Assembly (NCBI GenBank): GCA_963777605.1
Contig: CAVZRV010000008.1
Span: forward strand, 449,761 to 513,760
DNA length: 64,000 nucleotides
Direction: 5' to 3'
From: an uncultured Acidobacteriota bacterium
GTDB lineage: Bacteria; Acidobacteriota; UBA6911; RPQK01; JAPXNP01
Each line of letters begins with the position of its first letter. The stretch's first letter is position 1. Positions 1 to 11,681 of this stretch are shown one piece after another. Below the pieces are notes generated by a model that was given only the letters and a program-made list of their open reading frames with translations, was not told the origin of the DNA and did not search any database. A program made the translations under genes and the position numbers.

Positions 1-671
1 ACAACATCCGAGACGTGGCCGAAGCAGCGTGACTGGGAGCCGTCGCCGAACACGGTCAGCGGGTCACCCTTCAGGGCCTGAGACACGAAGTTGGGCAGAA
101 CCATCCCATAGCGCCCGGTCTGGCGCGGCCCCACGGTATTGAACAGCCGAATGACCACCACCGGGAGGCCTTTCTCCCGGCAGTATGCCAGGGCCAGGAA
201 CTCGTCGATGGCCTTGCTGCAGGCATAGCTCCAGCGCCCTTTGTGGGTCGGCCCCAGGACCAGGTCGTCATCTTCGGAAAATGGCACCTTGTCCGACTTG
301 CCGTAGACCTCGGAGGTCGAGAAGACGAATACCTGCTTCTTCTTCTTGGCCGCCAGCTGCAGGATGATCTCGGTTCCCCGAATATTCGTTTCGATGGTCC
401 GGACCGGGCTTTCCACGATCAGCCTTACTCCGACTGCCGCCGCCGCGTGAAGGACCACGTCGCACAGGTCGACCAGTTCGGCAGTCGCGGGGACATTCAT
501 GATCGAGTCGATGCTGTAATTGAAGCGAGGGTGTTCCTTCAGGTGCAGAATATTTTCGATGCGGCCGGTCGAAAGGTCATCAACGACATAAACGGTGTGG
601 TCTTGCGCGAGCAGGTGTTCAGCCAGATGCGATCCGATGAAACCCGCCCCCCCGGTGATCAGAATTCTCAT
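1..671 (-). CDS. NAD-dependent epimerase/dehydratase (extended SDR), runs off window start
   Basis: Manual translation from ATG at 671: MRILITGGAGFIGSHLAE (GxxGxxG), STSEVYG, YACSK (YxxxK), RLFNTVGPRQ; no stop before position 1. Confidence 0.9.
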   Translation of the reverse strand, partial: MRILITGGAGFIGSHLAEHLLAQDHTVYVVDDLSTGRIENILHLKEHPRFNYSIDSIMNVPATAELVDLCDVVLHAAAAVGVRLIVESPVRTIETNIRGTEIILQLAAKKKKQVFVFSTSEVYGKSDKVPFSEDDDLVLGPTHKGRWSYACSKAIDEFLALAYCREKGLPVVVIRLFNTVGPRQTGRYGMVLPNFVSQALKGDPLTVFGDGSQSRCFGHVSDV

Positions 672-886
672 TGGTATCCCCTTTATCGATGCCGCCAGCA
701 AGGATAGACGACATCCCGTTCGTCTGCAAAACGTTGCTCCGGGGGGCGGGGGACGGCAGATTCAATCGGGTTGTCGACGATGCCCGGAGATTTCGATATT
801 TCGGGGCGGAACCCGAAGGTGGGGAAGGCGGTTTTCGAGCGCGGTGCTATAATTCGGATTTCATCGATATTAGTCGGGGCTCGTAA

Positions 887-1876
887 ATGCTAAGCATATC
901 GGTCGTTATACCCCTCTACAACGAAGAAGAATCGCTTCAGGAACTCTACGACGAGACGGTTCGTGAATTGGAATTGCTCGACGCCCGATTCGAGATCATT
1001 TTTATCGACGATGGCAGCACGGATTCGTCCCACCAGATTCTGAAAGACCTCCAGGGGAACGACCCGCGGATCTCGATCATTCGCTTCCGGCGTAATTTCG
1101 GGAAATCTGCCGCGCTTTCCGCGGGTTTTTCCATTGCGGAAGGCGAAATCATCATCACCATGGATGCCGATCTTCAAGACCAGCCCAGTGAGATGAACAA
1201 GTTGATCGAGGTCCTGGAGTCGGGATACGACCTGGTGTCGGGTTGGAAGCGGGTCCGCCATGACCCGGTCACGAAGCGATGGCCCTCAAAGGTCTTCAAT
1301 TTTTTCACCTCGGTCCTGACCGGGGTGCCCCTGCACGACATGAACTGCGGGTTCAAGGCTTACCGGAGGGAAGTGGTGGAAGAGATCCGGGTCTATGGCG
1401 AGATGCACCGCTACATTCCGGTGCTCGCCAGCTACCGCGGGTTTCGGGTCGGCGAGGTCGTGGTCGAACACCGCAAGCGCGTCTTCGGACGGAGCAAGTA
1501 CGGGATGGCCCGGTTTTTCGGCGGCTTTTTCGACCTCCTGACGGTGATCATGCTGACCCGCTACAATCGAAAGCCGCTGCACGCGTTCGGGGTGTTCGGC
1601 GTGCTCATGCTGTCCCTTGGCTTCGCCGTGGAACTTTACCTGACGGCCGGCTGGTTCTTCGGACGCTGGATCGGCGATCGCCCGGCCCTGATGTTCGGGG
1701 TGTTGCTCGTTATTGTCGGTGCCCAGTTCATCTTTTTCGGTCTCCTGGCTGAAATGATTGCCTACAGCGCGAGGCGCGAGGAGGATTTCTCGATCAGAAA
1801 GGTTATTCGCGGCGAACAGCGGTTAGGGGTATCAGGTGCTTCGACAGGACAGCAGTCGGTTGGCCGCAATCGGTGA
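887..1876 (+). CDS. GT2 polyprenyl-phosphate glycosyltransferase (ArnC/GtrB-like)
   Basis: SVVIPLYNEE, IDDGSTD, RNFGKSAAL, MDADLQD, DMNCGFKAYR; two C-terminal TM helices. Confidence 0.9.
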   Translation: MLSISVVIPLYNEEESLQELYDETVRELELLDARFEIIFIDDGSTDSSHQILKDLQGNDPRISIIRFRRNFGKSAALSAGFSIAEGEIIITMDADLQDQPSEMNKLIEVLESGYDLVSGWKRVRHDPVTKRWPSKVFNFFTSVLTGVPLHDMNCGFKAYRREVVEEIRVYGEMHRYIPVLASYRGFRVGEVVVEHRKRVFGRSKYGMARFFGGFFDLLTVIMLTRYNRKPLHAFGVFGVLMLSLGFAVELYLTAGWFFGRWIGDRPALMFGVLLVIVGAQFIFFGLLAEMIAYSARREEDFSIRKVIRGEQRLGVSGASTGQQSVGRNR

Positions 1877-1950
1877 CATCCCTGCTCGGAATCCCGGACG
1901 GGGAGGCTCGGGGTATCTCGTTCCGGCAACTCGTGTGGCATGATGAGGCG

Positions 1951-3126
1951 ATGAGGATCGTTCTGGTCGGCCCGGCGCACCCCCATCGAGGGGGCATCGC
2001 CCACTACACGGCATCGCTGTTCAAGTCGCTGCAGTCGGCCGGGCACTCTGTGACGCTGATCTCATTCAGCCGGCAATACCCCGGCGTCTTCTTCCCGGGG
2101 CGGACCCAGAACGACGAGAGCGGTGTCCCGCTCCAGGTGGAGTGTGAACCGCTGCTCGACTCGATTTCGCCGCAGTCCTGGAAGCGGGTCACGGACCGGA
2201 TTTGCGAGATCGAGCCGGACGCGGTCGTTTTTCAATGGTGGCAACCGTTCTTCTCCCTCGCCTACCGTTCGATCGTTCGACGGTTGAAACGGCGTCGGAA
2301 GACGCCGGCACTGTTTCTCTGTCACAACATCCTTTCCCATCCCGAGGCGGTGATTCCCGGCCGGGAGAGTATCGAACTCCTCTTGACCCGCCTGGCATTT
2401 CGTAGTGCCGACGGGTTCCTGGTCCATGCGGACCAGATGATTCCGGCGGTCAGGCGTTTGAATCCCGGCGGACTGATCCGAAAGATTTACCACCCGCTCT
2501 ACGATTTCTACGGGAAGTGGGACACCTGCCCGAATGATCTCCTGGCGTCGCCTTCGGGCGAACCGACACTCCTCTTTTTCGGAACGATCCGCCGCTACAA
2601 GGGGTTGAAGACCCTCCTGGAGGGTTTGGCGGTTCTCCGGAAATCGATGCGATTCAAAGCCGTGATTGCCGGGGAATTTTATGTTGACCCTGCCCCCTAT
2701 TATCGACTCGCGCAGCGCCTCGGCTTGGACGACTTCCTGGTCTGGAAGGACCACTACATTCCGAACGAGGAGGTCCCGGCGCTGTTCAGGGCTGCGGACC
2801 TGGTAGTCCTGCCCTATCGAGAGGCGACTCAGAGTGGGGTGGTGTCGGTCGCCTACCAGTTTGAGGTCCCGGTCGTTGCGACCCAGGTGGGAGGGCTTGC
2901 GGAAGTCGTTCGTCAGGGAGAAACCGGTTACCTGGTTCCCCCCGACGATCCGGATGCTCTTGCTGGAAAGATCCGGCAATACTTCTCCGAAAACAGAAAG
3001 GCGGAATTTCGCCGAAATATCGTCTCCTTTCGTGAACGCCTTACCTGGGGACAGGTCGTTTCTTCGATCGAGGATCTGGTTCTCGAGCTGAACAACCCGG
3101 AAGATAACCATGGCACGAACCGCTAG
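1951..3126 (+). CDS. GT4 (GT-B fold) glycosyltransferase
   Basis: MRIVLVGPAHPHRGGIAHY, FFGTIRRYKGL, LPYREATQSGV, PVVATQVGGLAE; alternative GTG start at 1873. Confidence 0.88.
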   Translation: MRIVLVGPAHPHRGGIAHYTASLFKSLQSAGHSVTLISFSRQYPGVFFPGRTQNDESGVPLQVECEPLLDSISPQSWKRVTDRICEIEPDAVVFQWWQPFFSLAYRSIVRRLKRRRKTPALFLCHNILSHPEAVIPGRESIELLLTRLAFRSADGFLVHADQMIPAVRRLNPGGLIRKIYHPLYDFYGKWDTCPNDLLASPSGEPTLLFFGTIRRYKGLKTLLEGLAVLRKSMRFKAVIAGEFYVDPAPYYRLAQRLGLDDFLVWKDHYIPNEEVPALFRAADLVVLPYREATQSGVVSVAYQFEVPVVATQVGGLAEVVRQGETGYLVPPDDPDALAGKIRQYFSENRKAEFRRNIVSFRERLTWGQVVSSIEDLVLELNNPEDNHGTNR

Positions 3127-5277
3127 AACATCCAGGTCGGCGCGGAAGCAATCACCCGTCGTGTTGAGTCCGAATTACTGGGTGGCTGCCGGCCTGGCTT
3201 TCCTCTCGGTGTTGCTCTACGTCAACACCCTGGGCAACGACTTTGTCTTTGACGACGTAACCCTGATTTTGCAGAACCCCCAAATCCGAGGTCTCGACTG
3301 GTGGGGGATCGTGTTTGACTCCGGGTACCGGCCGGTACGGACGCTGACCTATGCACTCAACTTCCTGATGGGGGAGAGAACCCGTTCGGATACCACTTGT
3401 TCAGCATTCTGCTGCACGCCGCAAACGTCTTTGTGCTGTACCGGTTGCTGTGGTGGCTTACGGCCGGTTCGGGGTTTGCAACCGGCCTTGCGACCCTCTT
3501 CTTCGCGATTCATCCGGTTCAGACGGCTGCAGTTGCCTATATCTCCGGGCGCAAGGACCTGCTTGCCGCCCTTTTCATGATGCTCGCGCTGCTCTGTTAC
3601 CGATCCTACCGGGAACATGCGGGAAAGGCCTACCTGCCCGCGGTGGCAGCGGCCGGCTGCTTCTTTCTCGCCCTCTTTTCGAAGGAAGTTGCCATTGTCT
3701 TTCCCGTCCTGCTGCTCCTCGTGGACGCGCTCAGAGAGGGGGACCGGGAGGTGCGGGAATCCCGGGAGCGAGTTCCGCTCTGGAGGGCAGCGATACGCGC
3801 CGTGAAGTCTGCGCCGATTCTCTACGCGGTTTTCGCCCTGCTCGCGGCGGTGGGACTTGCCTACGCGCTGTTCGTTGCCAAGGCAAGCCGGATGGAGGGG
3901 TACTGGGGGGGAACCCTGGGTGCCGATCTGGGAACCGGTTTCAAGCTCTTCGTCCACTACGTGAAGATGGTGCTCTTCCCCTATCCGCTCCTTGCCGACT
4001 ATCTCGGCGGTGTTTTCCCGGTTTCGACCGGATTGCTGGAGCCGGCCACGCTGGCATCCGGCCTCGGAATGATCGCCTTTGGAGTCGTTGCGGTATGGCT
4101 TTTTCGGAAGCTGCCCCTGGTGTCGGTCGGGATGCTCTGGTTTGGTGCGGCCATCGCGCCCGTGCTCCAGTTCATTCCGTTTCATGAGCTCGCTGCGGAT
4201 CACTTCCTGTATGTCCCGATGATCGGAGCTTCCCTGGTGCTTTCGGGCTTTCTCCTTCACCTGAAACGGAACCAGGCAGCAAGAACGGCGGCAATGGTCG
4301 TCATCCTTGCGCTGTCGTGCGTGTTCGGTGTGATGGTCATCGACCGCAACGGGGACTGGAAGGACAAGCAGACGCTCTGGGAAGCGACCTTGCGGAAGGC
4401 TCCCGCATCTTACCGGGCTAACGCTAATTTGGGACAGGTGTATTTCAATGCCGGTCGTTTCGAGGAGGGAATCCGGCTGACTCGCAAGAGCGCCGAACTC
4501 TCCCCTGATCGCGCACTTCCCTACAGCAACCTGGGGGCCATGTACTACACGATGGCTCAACACGCCCGGCAGTCGGGAGACATGGCCCGGGCGGAGCAGC
4601 TCCAGTTCGAAGCCCAGGACTTCTTCAACAAGGCCCTGGAACTGGAAGACAACAACCCGTTTACTTACAGCAACCTGGGCAACACCTACAAGGAACTCGC
4701 GTTGATCCTGGACGGCCGCGGCCGCAACGAGCAGGCGGCAGAATCCCGGCGCCAGGCCGCCGACCTGTACCGCAAGGCGCTGGCACTTCCCGATCGACGC
4801 CTTGACGTGCAGCGGATCTGGTACAACTTCGGCCTGCTTTACGTGGATGCCGGCTCCTATGCGGAAGGCCTTGATTACCTGCGTCGTTACGTGTCCCAGT
4901 TTCCTGCGGAACCCGGGGGCAACTATTGGATGGGATACACGCTGTCGAAACTCGGTCGTTACGATCGGGCAATACCTCTGTTCAAGAGAGCGCTGCAATC
5001 AAAGGCGACCGTCGAGAGCTGGCAGCAGTTGGCCCAGGCCTACCAGGAGTCGGGCCGGTATCCGGAGGCAGCCCAGGCCTACCGGCAATTGGTCAGCCTC
5101 TCGCCGACCGCGCAGAACTTTTATAATCTGGGGCAGTCGCTTCTTCGGGCCGGACAGAATTCCCCGGCCAGGGCCGCCTTTGAAAAGGTCCTCGAGTTGG
5201 ACCCGTGGGGCGAATGGGGGACCAGGAGTCGCAGTGCCCTGAGCCGGACAGGAGTCACGGTGAAGCGGGTCAACTAA
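3110..5277 (+). CDS. TMTC-like multi-TM GT-C glycosyltransferase with C-terminal TPR repeats; one frameshift near 3370-3385
   Basis: ORF 3110 gives NDFVFDD and YRPV; ORF 3397 frame continues ENPFGYHLFSILLH, HPVQTAAVAYISGRKDLL, ADHFLYVP, then TPRs. Confidence 0.8.
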
Positions 5278-5325
5278 ACGTTTTGATGGCGATCGTGGCA
5301 GTGATGGCGAAGTTGAGTGGTCTGA

Positions 5326-6039
5326 ATGTACAAGGGTAACGAAATTACCGTTGTGATCCCCTGTCTGAATGAAGCACAGGGCATCGGGAAAGTACTCTCC
5401 CGGATTCCGGATTTCGTCGACGAAGTAATCGTCGTGGACAACGACTCAACCGACGGGACAGCGGATATCGCCCGGCAGCTGGGTGCCCGGGTGATCCACG
5501 AGAATGTTCGCGGATACGGCCGGGCCTACAAGACCGGCCTGTTTCATGCAAAAGGGGACATCATTGTGACGCTCGACGGGGACCACTCCTATCCCGTCGA
5601 TGCCCTGTCCTACCTCGTTGAAGCGCTACTCCATTCGCGAGTGGGGTTCGTTTCTGCCTCCCGATTTCCGATCACCGACCCCGAGTCCATGTCGCGGATC
5701 AACCTCTGGGGTAACCGCCTGCTCAGTCTCGCGACCTCGATGCTCTTCCTGCGCTGGGTGAGGGATTCACAGTCAGGGATGTGGATATTCTTCAAGGATA
5801 CGCTCTCGAAAATGGACCTGGTGAGCGACGGGATGGCCTTCTCGGAAGAAATCAAGCTCGAGGCCATGCTCAAACCCGACATCGGTTTCAGGGAAATCCC
5901 GATTCGTTACTCCAACCGTGCCGGGGAGAAGAAGTTGCGGCCCTGGCGAGACGGGTGGCGCAACTTGCTCTTTCTCTTCCGTAAACGGCTGCAGGGCAGC
6001 CGGCGGCGGGGCGTTCAAACCCAGACCCTGGAGAGGTGA
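5326..6039 (+). CDS. GT2 dolichol/polyprenol-phosphate sugar synthase-like protein
   Basis: VVIPCLNEA, VDNDSTD, GYGRAYKTG, LDGDHSYP, DSQSGM. Confidence 0.85.
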   Translation: MYKGNEITVVIPCLNEAQGIGKVLSRIPDFVDEVIVVDNDSTDGTADIARQLGARVIHENVRGYGRAYKTGLFHAKGDIIVTLDGDHSYPVDALSYLVEALLHSRVGFVSASRFPITDPESMSRINLWGNRLLSLATSMLFLRWVRDSQSGMWIFFKDTLSKMDLVSDGMAFSEEIKLEAMLKPDIGFREIPIRYSNRAGEKKLRPWRDGWRNLLFLFRKRLQGSRRRGVQTQTLER

Positions 6040-6998
6040 ATTCGATGATTTGTCCGGTCTGTGAGCATCCTGACTGCCGCCAGCTTTGGGCACTGGGAGA
6101 TCGTTTCTTCGGAACCACCGAGGAGACCTTTCCTCTTTTCGAGTGCACCGGGTGCGGGCTGCTATTCCAGGACGCTTCAGCCGTCCTGTCGAGGCTGCCG
6201 AGCTTTTATCCCGAGGGCTATTGGTGGCGCCCGGGAACCGGAATAGGGGCCCAGTTCGAGCGCCGCTATCGGGAGTGGATGGTGAAGCACGATCACGTCC
6301 GGACCATCCGCCACTGGTTTCCCGCTTCGAACGCGTTTTCACTGCTGGATATTGGATGCGGTACCGGCCTCTTCGTCTCTCTTGCCGGGAGGGAAGGATT
6401 CCAGGCCGCCGGATTGGAGAGTTCCCCGGAGGCTGTCCGGGTCGCCCACGACGGCGGAGTCGACTCGGTAACCTGTGGTGACGAAAACCTGCTGATCGAG
6501 CAGGGTCGTCAGTTCGACCTGATCACGCTGTTCCATGTCCTGGAACATGTCCCGGAGCCGTTCAAATATCTCCGTAGAATCCAGAAACTGCTCAGGAAGC
6601 CGGGACACCTGGTCGTCCAGGTACCGAACCGGTCGAGCTATCAGGCACGGCTGTTCGGCCGGCGGTGGTACGGCCTGGATTGCCCCCGTCACCTGAACAA
6701 TTTCACCGAGTACGCTCTGCTGGCGGTGCTGGGGCGGGCCGGCTTCAGAATCCGGCGGGTTCGGCGCTATTCGCTCCGGGACAACGCCGCGGCAATGGTC
6801 TCCAGCCTGGTTCCGGCCCTCGACCCGATGTCGTCGCGGATTCTCGCTCGGGCGCGAAACGGCAGGGACCCGTCCCTTCAGCTTCTACGAGGGGGAGTCT
6901 ACTTCGGACTCGTCCAGTTCGCACAACCCCTGGCCTGGCTCGAAGCTAAGCTCGGCCGGGGCGGGACAATCATGGTGCATGCCACCTGGGACGCTTAG
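6036..6998 (+). CDS. Class I SAM-dependent methyltransferase with N-terminal CxxC...CxxC
   Basis: CPVC/CTGC, LLDIGCGTG, FDLITLFHVLEH, PRHL. Confidence 0.85.
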   Translation: MNSMICPVCEHPDCRQLWALGDRFFGTTEETFPLFECTGCGLLFQDASAVLSRLPSFYPEGYWWRPGTGIGAQFERRYREWMVKHDHVRTIRHWFPASNAFSLLDIGCGTGLFVSLAGREGFQAAGLESSPEAVRVAHDGGVDSVTCGDENLLIEQGRQFDLITLFHVLEHVPEPFKYLRRIQKLLRKPGHLVVQVPNRSSYQARLFGRRWYGLDCPRHLNNFTEYALLAVLGRAGFRIRRVRRYSLRDNAAAMVSSLVPALDPMSSRILARARNGRDPSLQLLRGGVYFGLVQFAQPLAWLEAKLGRGGTIMVHATWDA

Positions 6999-7009
6999 GA
7001 AGTCGGCAC

Positions 7010-8038
7010 ATGAATGGTGAGGGGCTGGTCTCCGTCCTGATCGTCAATCATGACCGGGCTGATCTCCTCCGGGAGTGTATAAACTCGGTGCTGCTCCAGG
7101 ACTACCCTGCGATCGAGGTGGTCGTGGTGGACAACGGCTCGACCGACGGCAGCCGCGACGTCGTTCGGCGACTGAAGGATCCCCGGGTTCACCTGGTTGA
7201 GCTGCCCCGAAATTTCGGCTTTGCAGGTGGCTGCAACCGTGGATTTCGGGAGTGCAGCGGGGACTGGGTTGCGCTGATCAACAACGACGCGATTGCCGAA
7301 CCGGACTGGATTTCGTCGATGCTTGCCACCCTGAAGAAACATCCCCGCGCGGGGATGTGTGCGAGCCGAATCCTCTTCTACCAGAGCGAGGTCATCGACA
7401 AGGCCGGCCACCTGATTTTCTGGGACGGGCAGAACCGGGGTCGGGGAACCGGGGAAACCGATTCGGAGGCGTTTGGGAGGGAGGAAGAAGCGCTCTTCCC
7501 GGACGGTTGCGCCGCCATCTACCGGCGGGAACTGATTTCCCAGGTGGAGGGGTTCGACGAAGACTTTTTCGCCTATGCCGACGATGCTGATCTCGGGCTG
7601 CGTGCCCGGCTCCTGGGCTGGGAGTGCGTCTATTGTCCCGGCGCCCTCGTCTATCACCGCCATTCGGCGACCTCGGGGAGGTTCTCTCCGGAGAAGATCT
7701 ACCTGGTCGAGCGCAACCGCGCCTGGCTGGCGATCAAGACCTTTCCCTGGGTGCTGCTTCTCGCCAACCCGTTCTTCACTGTCTATCGGTGGGCCTGGAA
7801 CCTGGCCGCCTTTTCCTCCGGCCGGGGGGCCGCCGGCAACTTTCGGAGGGAGCGTTCGGCCTGGGTGCTGGCGGGGGCGATCCTGCGAGCCTTCCGGGAC
7901 GGTCTGCTGGGACTGCCGAAAATGCTGGCGAAGCGACGAAAGATCAGGCGCCGCCGGGTCCTCTCCGACCGCGACTTCATCCGCCTCCTCTGGCGCTACC
8001 GAATCACCGCCCGAACGCTGGCCTGGAAGGACTTCTGA
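7010..8038 (+). CDS. GT2 glycosyltransferase
   Basis: VDNGSTDGS, NFGFAGGCN, LINNDA, GFDEDFFAYADDADLGLR. Confidence 0.88.
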   Translation: MNGEGLVSVLIVNHDRADLLRECINSVLLQDYPAIEVVVVDNGSTDGSRDVVRRLKDPRVHLVELPRNFGFAGGCNRGFRECSGDWVALINNDAIAEPDWISSMLATLKKHPRAGMCASRILFYQSEVIDKAGHLIFWDGQNRGRGTGETDSEAFGREEEALFPDGCAAIYRRELISQVEGFDEDFFAYADDADLGLRARLLGWECVYCPGALVYHRHSATSGRFSPEKIYLVERNRAWLAIKTFPWVLLLANPFFTVYRWAWNLAAFSSGRGAAGNFRRERSAWVLAGAILRAFRDGLLGLPKMLAKRRKIRRRRVLSDRDFIRLLWRYRITARTLAWKDF

Positions 8039-8084
8039 CCAGTTGGCGGCAACAGGCCGAATCGCGTAAAATGAGGCATCGCGA

Positions 8085-8160
<76 letters not shown>

Positions 8161-8346
8161 GTGAAATCAGTGTGTTACGAGAATCGTGCTGCGCGGTATT
8201 GTCTGCTCCGGCTTCTTGGGTAACAGATGGGCAGCAAGTAATCGCCTCGTGACTCTTCCGGCGAATCAGGTCGTTCACTTCAACCTCTGAGCGATCGCTG
8301 CACCCAGGTTTCTTTTCACTCCCAGTCCGAGTTTGCCACGTATTTC

Positions 8347-8982
8347 GTGCGGCTCAAGCAAATCCAAGAGAAGACCAATCGAAGGCTTCCCCACTGTGCC
8401 GGTTTAATGAGAACTGGATTTTTGCCGATAAATTCTTTGGATTGTAAAGCTACCGAAAGGACCATTCAGTTGCAGCCCGACAGGAAGACGATACTGGTCG
8501 CCGAAGATCTTGTGACGTTCCAGGACGCTCTTGCTCAGTCCCTCAGGGAGACAGGGTACCGGGTGATGACCGCAAAGTCGGGTGAAGAGGTCCTGGCGCA
8601 TTTTGCAGTTGAATCTCCTGACTTGCTCTTGCTCGACTTGTCGCTCGAAGGGACTGACGGGATCACCTGTCTGCGTGAAATCCGTGAACAGTACCCACAG
8701 AATATTTGTCCGATATTCGTGCTCACCGGCCATAAGGATCCTCTCGTGAGGCGTGCTGTTCGGCAACTGTCCGTGGCCGCCTACTATGTGAAGTCTGAGT
8801 TCTCACTCCCGGAGCTACTCAAAGATATCGAGGGAGCACTCTACGGGAGACGTCTTGGTGCAGGAGACGGTGAGAAGAATGGATCCAGCCGGCCGCAGCC
8901 AGAGAAGCGGGCAGCAAAGGTGAGTCAGTTCTCTTCAGCTGCCTTGGGTGTTTGCCAAACGCGTGTTGATGAATGGGGTTGA
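8347..8982 (+). CDS. Response regulator receiver-domain protein (true start probably near 8470)
   Basis: TILVAED, PDLLLLDLSLEGTDG, IFVLT, YYVKS. Confidence 0.75.
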   Translation: MRLKQIQEKTNRRLPHCAGLMRTGFLPINSLDCKATERTIQLQPDRKTILVAEDLVTFQDALAQSLRETGYRVMTAKSGEEVLAHFAVESPDLLLLDLSLEGTDGITCLREIREQYPQNICPIFVLTGHKDPLVRRAVRQLSVAAYYVKSEFSLPELLKDIEGALYGRRLGAGDGEKNGSSRPQPEKRAAKVSQFSSAALGVCQTRVDEWG

Positions 8983-9081
8983 TGCAGTCCGACGTTCGTC
9001 GAGCGTTCAACTCCCTTCTTTACGTGGGCCAGGTTCCATGTGAGTTCTGACTGGGCCGAAATCCCACCACCAGGGGGAGCC

Positions 9082-11526
9082 CTACGTGCTGTCCAATTCT
9101 GCACGGAGTGATTCGGCAAGAGTTGCCTGGTCGAACGGCTTCCGAAGAAGCTGTCGCCTTTGCCTCCGCGTCAGCATATTCGCGAGTGTCTCTTCGGCGT
9201 ACCCCGTCATAAGGATGACCTTGCCCGAAGGAAATATCTCCACAAAGCGTTCGGCAAGTACGGGGCCAGTGAGCCCTGGCATCATCACATCCGACAGCAT
9301 AAGGTCGATTGGGCCAGTGTGCGACTTCGCAATTTCGAGAGCCTCTTCGCCGCTCCCGGCCTCAAGGATTTTATACCCGAGCGAAGAGGCCAGGCGACTG
9401 ACCGCCCGGCGAAGGAGCAAATCGTCCTCCACCAGCAAGATTGTTTCCGTTCCTGCCGTCAACCCTTGATTGCACCTTTCCACTTGGCTCTTTTCTCCAT
9501 TACACTCTGGAAGGCGAATGACGAAGGTCGTACCGTCGCCGACTCGACTGTCGACATGAATTTCACCGGCAGCAGACCGGACAATTCCGTAGACGGTTGC
9601 CAGACCCAGTCCGGTCCCTTTTCCTTCCTCTTTCGTGGTGAAGAATGGTTCGAAGATTTTTTCTTCAAATTCTTCTGGAATCCCGCATCCCGTGTCGGAG
9701 ACGGTGAGTTCCACAAAGCCCTGGCCCCCGGCCAAAGAACCCCCTTTGGCACACGGTTCCGGACGTAGTCGAGTGCTGACGTTCAACCTGCCACCAGCAG
9801 GCATGGCATCCTTGGCATTTACGCAAAGATTCATGAGCACCTGCTCAAGCTGCGTGCGGTCAATTCTTACCGATCGAACCTCCGGACTCAGGTCAATCTC
9901 AAGGCGAATCGTTTCCTGAACAAGTGAACGAATGAGCGGCGCCAGTTCTTCAATGACTTGGTTCACCTCGCAACTGTCGGTGACGACCTGTTGTTTGCGG
10001 CCGAAAACCATCAGTCGGTCAATCAGTCGGGCTGCGCGGCCTGCCACCGCCGTGATTTCTTCGAGCGATCCGTGAATTGAATTCCCTTTTGAGGCGTTGA
10101 GGTCGGCCAGTTGAGCGTGAGCCATGATCGCCGCAAGCAGGTTGTTGAAGTCATGGGCAACGCTTCCCGCCAGTTGAGCAAGGCTTTCCATCTTCTGTGC
10201 CTGGAACAGCTCGGACTCGAGTTCCTTCTCCTGTGTGAGATCTCTCGCGACGAGAAAGATCAATTCTTCCGGGACGAGCGAGAACGCAGTGAGGGCGATT
10301 ACACGAATACTTCCATCCTTGCAACGGGCCCGGCATTCGAAGTGAGACAAGGGTGCGCCTGCCTTTAGACGATCGTACTCTCTCGAGATTGGTTGGTGAT
10401 CACCGGGGTGGAAGACATGAATCCAGGGTTGGGAAAGCAGTTCCCTGTGGGTCCATCCCAGCACGCTCTCCCAGGCCGGATTCAACTCCCGGAAATAGCC
10501 ATCCATTCCCACGATGCAAACCATATCGAGCGAACCTTCAAAAATTTGTCGATGAAGAGCCTCTTGATGTTTCAATTCACTGATATCTCGGCCAACCCCC
10601 ACGATGAGTTTTTCGTCGATGAGCGGAAAGGAATTCCAGACAATGGTCCGATAGCTTCCGTTCTTGTGCCGGTAACGATTCTCAAGCCGGACTACCGGCA
10701 TGCCAAGGCGAAGATCCCTCATTGACTCACGAGTTCGAGATAGATCCTCCGGGTGGACCAGTGAAAGCCACGACTTTTCTGCCAGGTCATCCCGCTCCCA
10801 CCCGAGAACCTTTTCCCAGGCGGGGTTCGATTCGTGCAGTCGGTCCTCAAATCCAATCACCACCATCAGGTCCAAGGAGTGGTTGAAGAGCTGATCGCGC
10901 AATGTACGGCCACGCTTGCGTTCCGTGATATCTCGTCCGATCCCAAGATTGGTGCCATCTTCCAACTCGAGATTCATGTACTCGACGATCAACCTTCGAC
11001 CCGCTCTGTTACATGGGCGTACCTCCCGCCATTCACCCTGGGCTTCTTGGCTAAACTTTTGGATAACGAGACGATAGGCAGGATCAGGATACAGTTCCGA
11101 CAGGAGATCAATTGAGTCTAACTCATTCCGCATCCATCCGAAGGTCCGTTCCCAGCATTGATTCACCCAGAGGAGTCTGCCGCGGGCATCCACCAACGAA
11201 ATCATGGCGGGGACTCTGTCGAGAATGGTCTCCAGGAGTTGAGCGGTCTTCTTGTGCTGGTGTGCTTGTGACTCCGATTCGTTTTGAGTCTCAGTAAGAG
11301 CCAACTTTAGCCGGGTCTTTCGATTCAAGAGCCGGCTGTACCAAAACGCCAGCACCAGGGCGGTCCCAGCGACGTAGAACCAGCCTTTGAGCGCCTGCAC
11401 TAAGGAAATTTGGGCCTCTGATTCGAGAAATGTCGAGATCAGGAGGTTCGAAAAGAAGACCCATAAGCTTCCGACAATTGCGTAGCCGATGGAAACCTTG
11501 AGAACTCGCCTCGTGTCGTAGGTCAT
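9082..11526 (-). CDS. Membrane hybrid sensor histidine kinase (2 TM, 3 PAS, HisKA, HATPase, REC)
   Basis: [55 protein letters not shown]-terminal ILLVEDD/SDVMMP. Confidence 0.92.
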   Translation of the reverse strand: MTYDTRRVLKVSIGYAIVGSLWVFFSNLLISTFLESEAQISLVQALKGWFYVAGTALVLAFWYSRLLNRKTRLKLALTETQNESESQAHQHKKTAQLLETILDRVPAMISLVDARGRLLWVNQCWERTFGWMRNELDSIDLLSELYPDPAYRLVIQKFSQEAQGEWREVRPCNRAGRRLIVEYMNLELEDGTNLGIGRDITERKRGRTLRDQLFNHSLDLMVVIGFEDRLHESNPAWEKVLGWERDDLAEKSWLSLVHPEDLSRTRESMRDLRLGMPVVRLENRYRHKNGSYRTIVWNSFPLIDEKLIVGVGRDISELKHQEALHRQIFEGSLDMVCIVGMDGYFRELNPAWESVLGWTHRELLSQPWIHVFHPGDHQPISREYDRLKAGAPLSHFECRARCKDGSIRVIALTAFSLVPEELIFLVARDLTQEKELESELFQAQKMESLAQLAGSVAHDFNNLLAAIMAHAQLADLNASKGNSIHGSLEEITAVAGRAARLIDRLMVFGRKQQVVTDSCEVNQVIEELAPLIRSLVQETIRLEIDLSPEVRSVRIDRTQLEQVLMNLCVNAKDAMPAGGRLNVSTRLRPEPCAKGGSLAGGQGFVELTVSDTGCGIPEEFEEKIFEPFFTTKEEGKGTGLGLATVYGIVRSAAGEIHVDSRVGDGTTFVIRLPECNGEKSQVERCNQGLTAGTETILLVEDDLLLRRAVSRLASSLGYKILEAGSGEEALEIAKSHTGPIDLMLSDVMMPGLTGPVLAERFVEIFPSGKVILMTGYAEETLANMLTRRQRRQLLRKPFDQATLAESLRAELDST

Positions 11527-11681
11527 CCCGACATCCTTCGGAGCGGTTGAGCCCGACGATTATGAGCGCTCCGGAAAAGAGAATCCTCGCTCGGACTCTG
11601 TTCCGGCGTGGGCTCCGTAGCGGGCTCTTGACGGAGTCGGAGTGAGGAGTGATTGGAGGAAGGCGTAACTCCAAGAACAAG

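Noticed and set aside
2062-4998. 349-aa and 549-aa minus-strand ORFs
   Set aside because: Antisense to clear glycosyltransferase genes; no motifs
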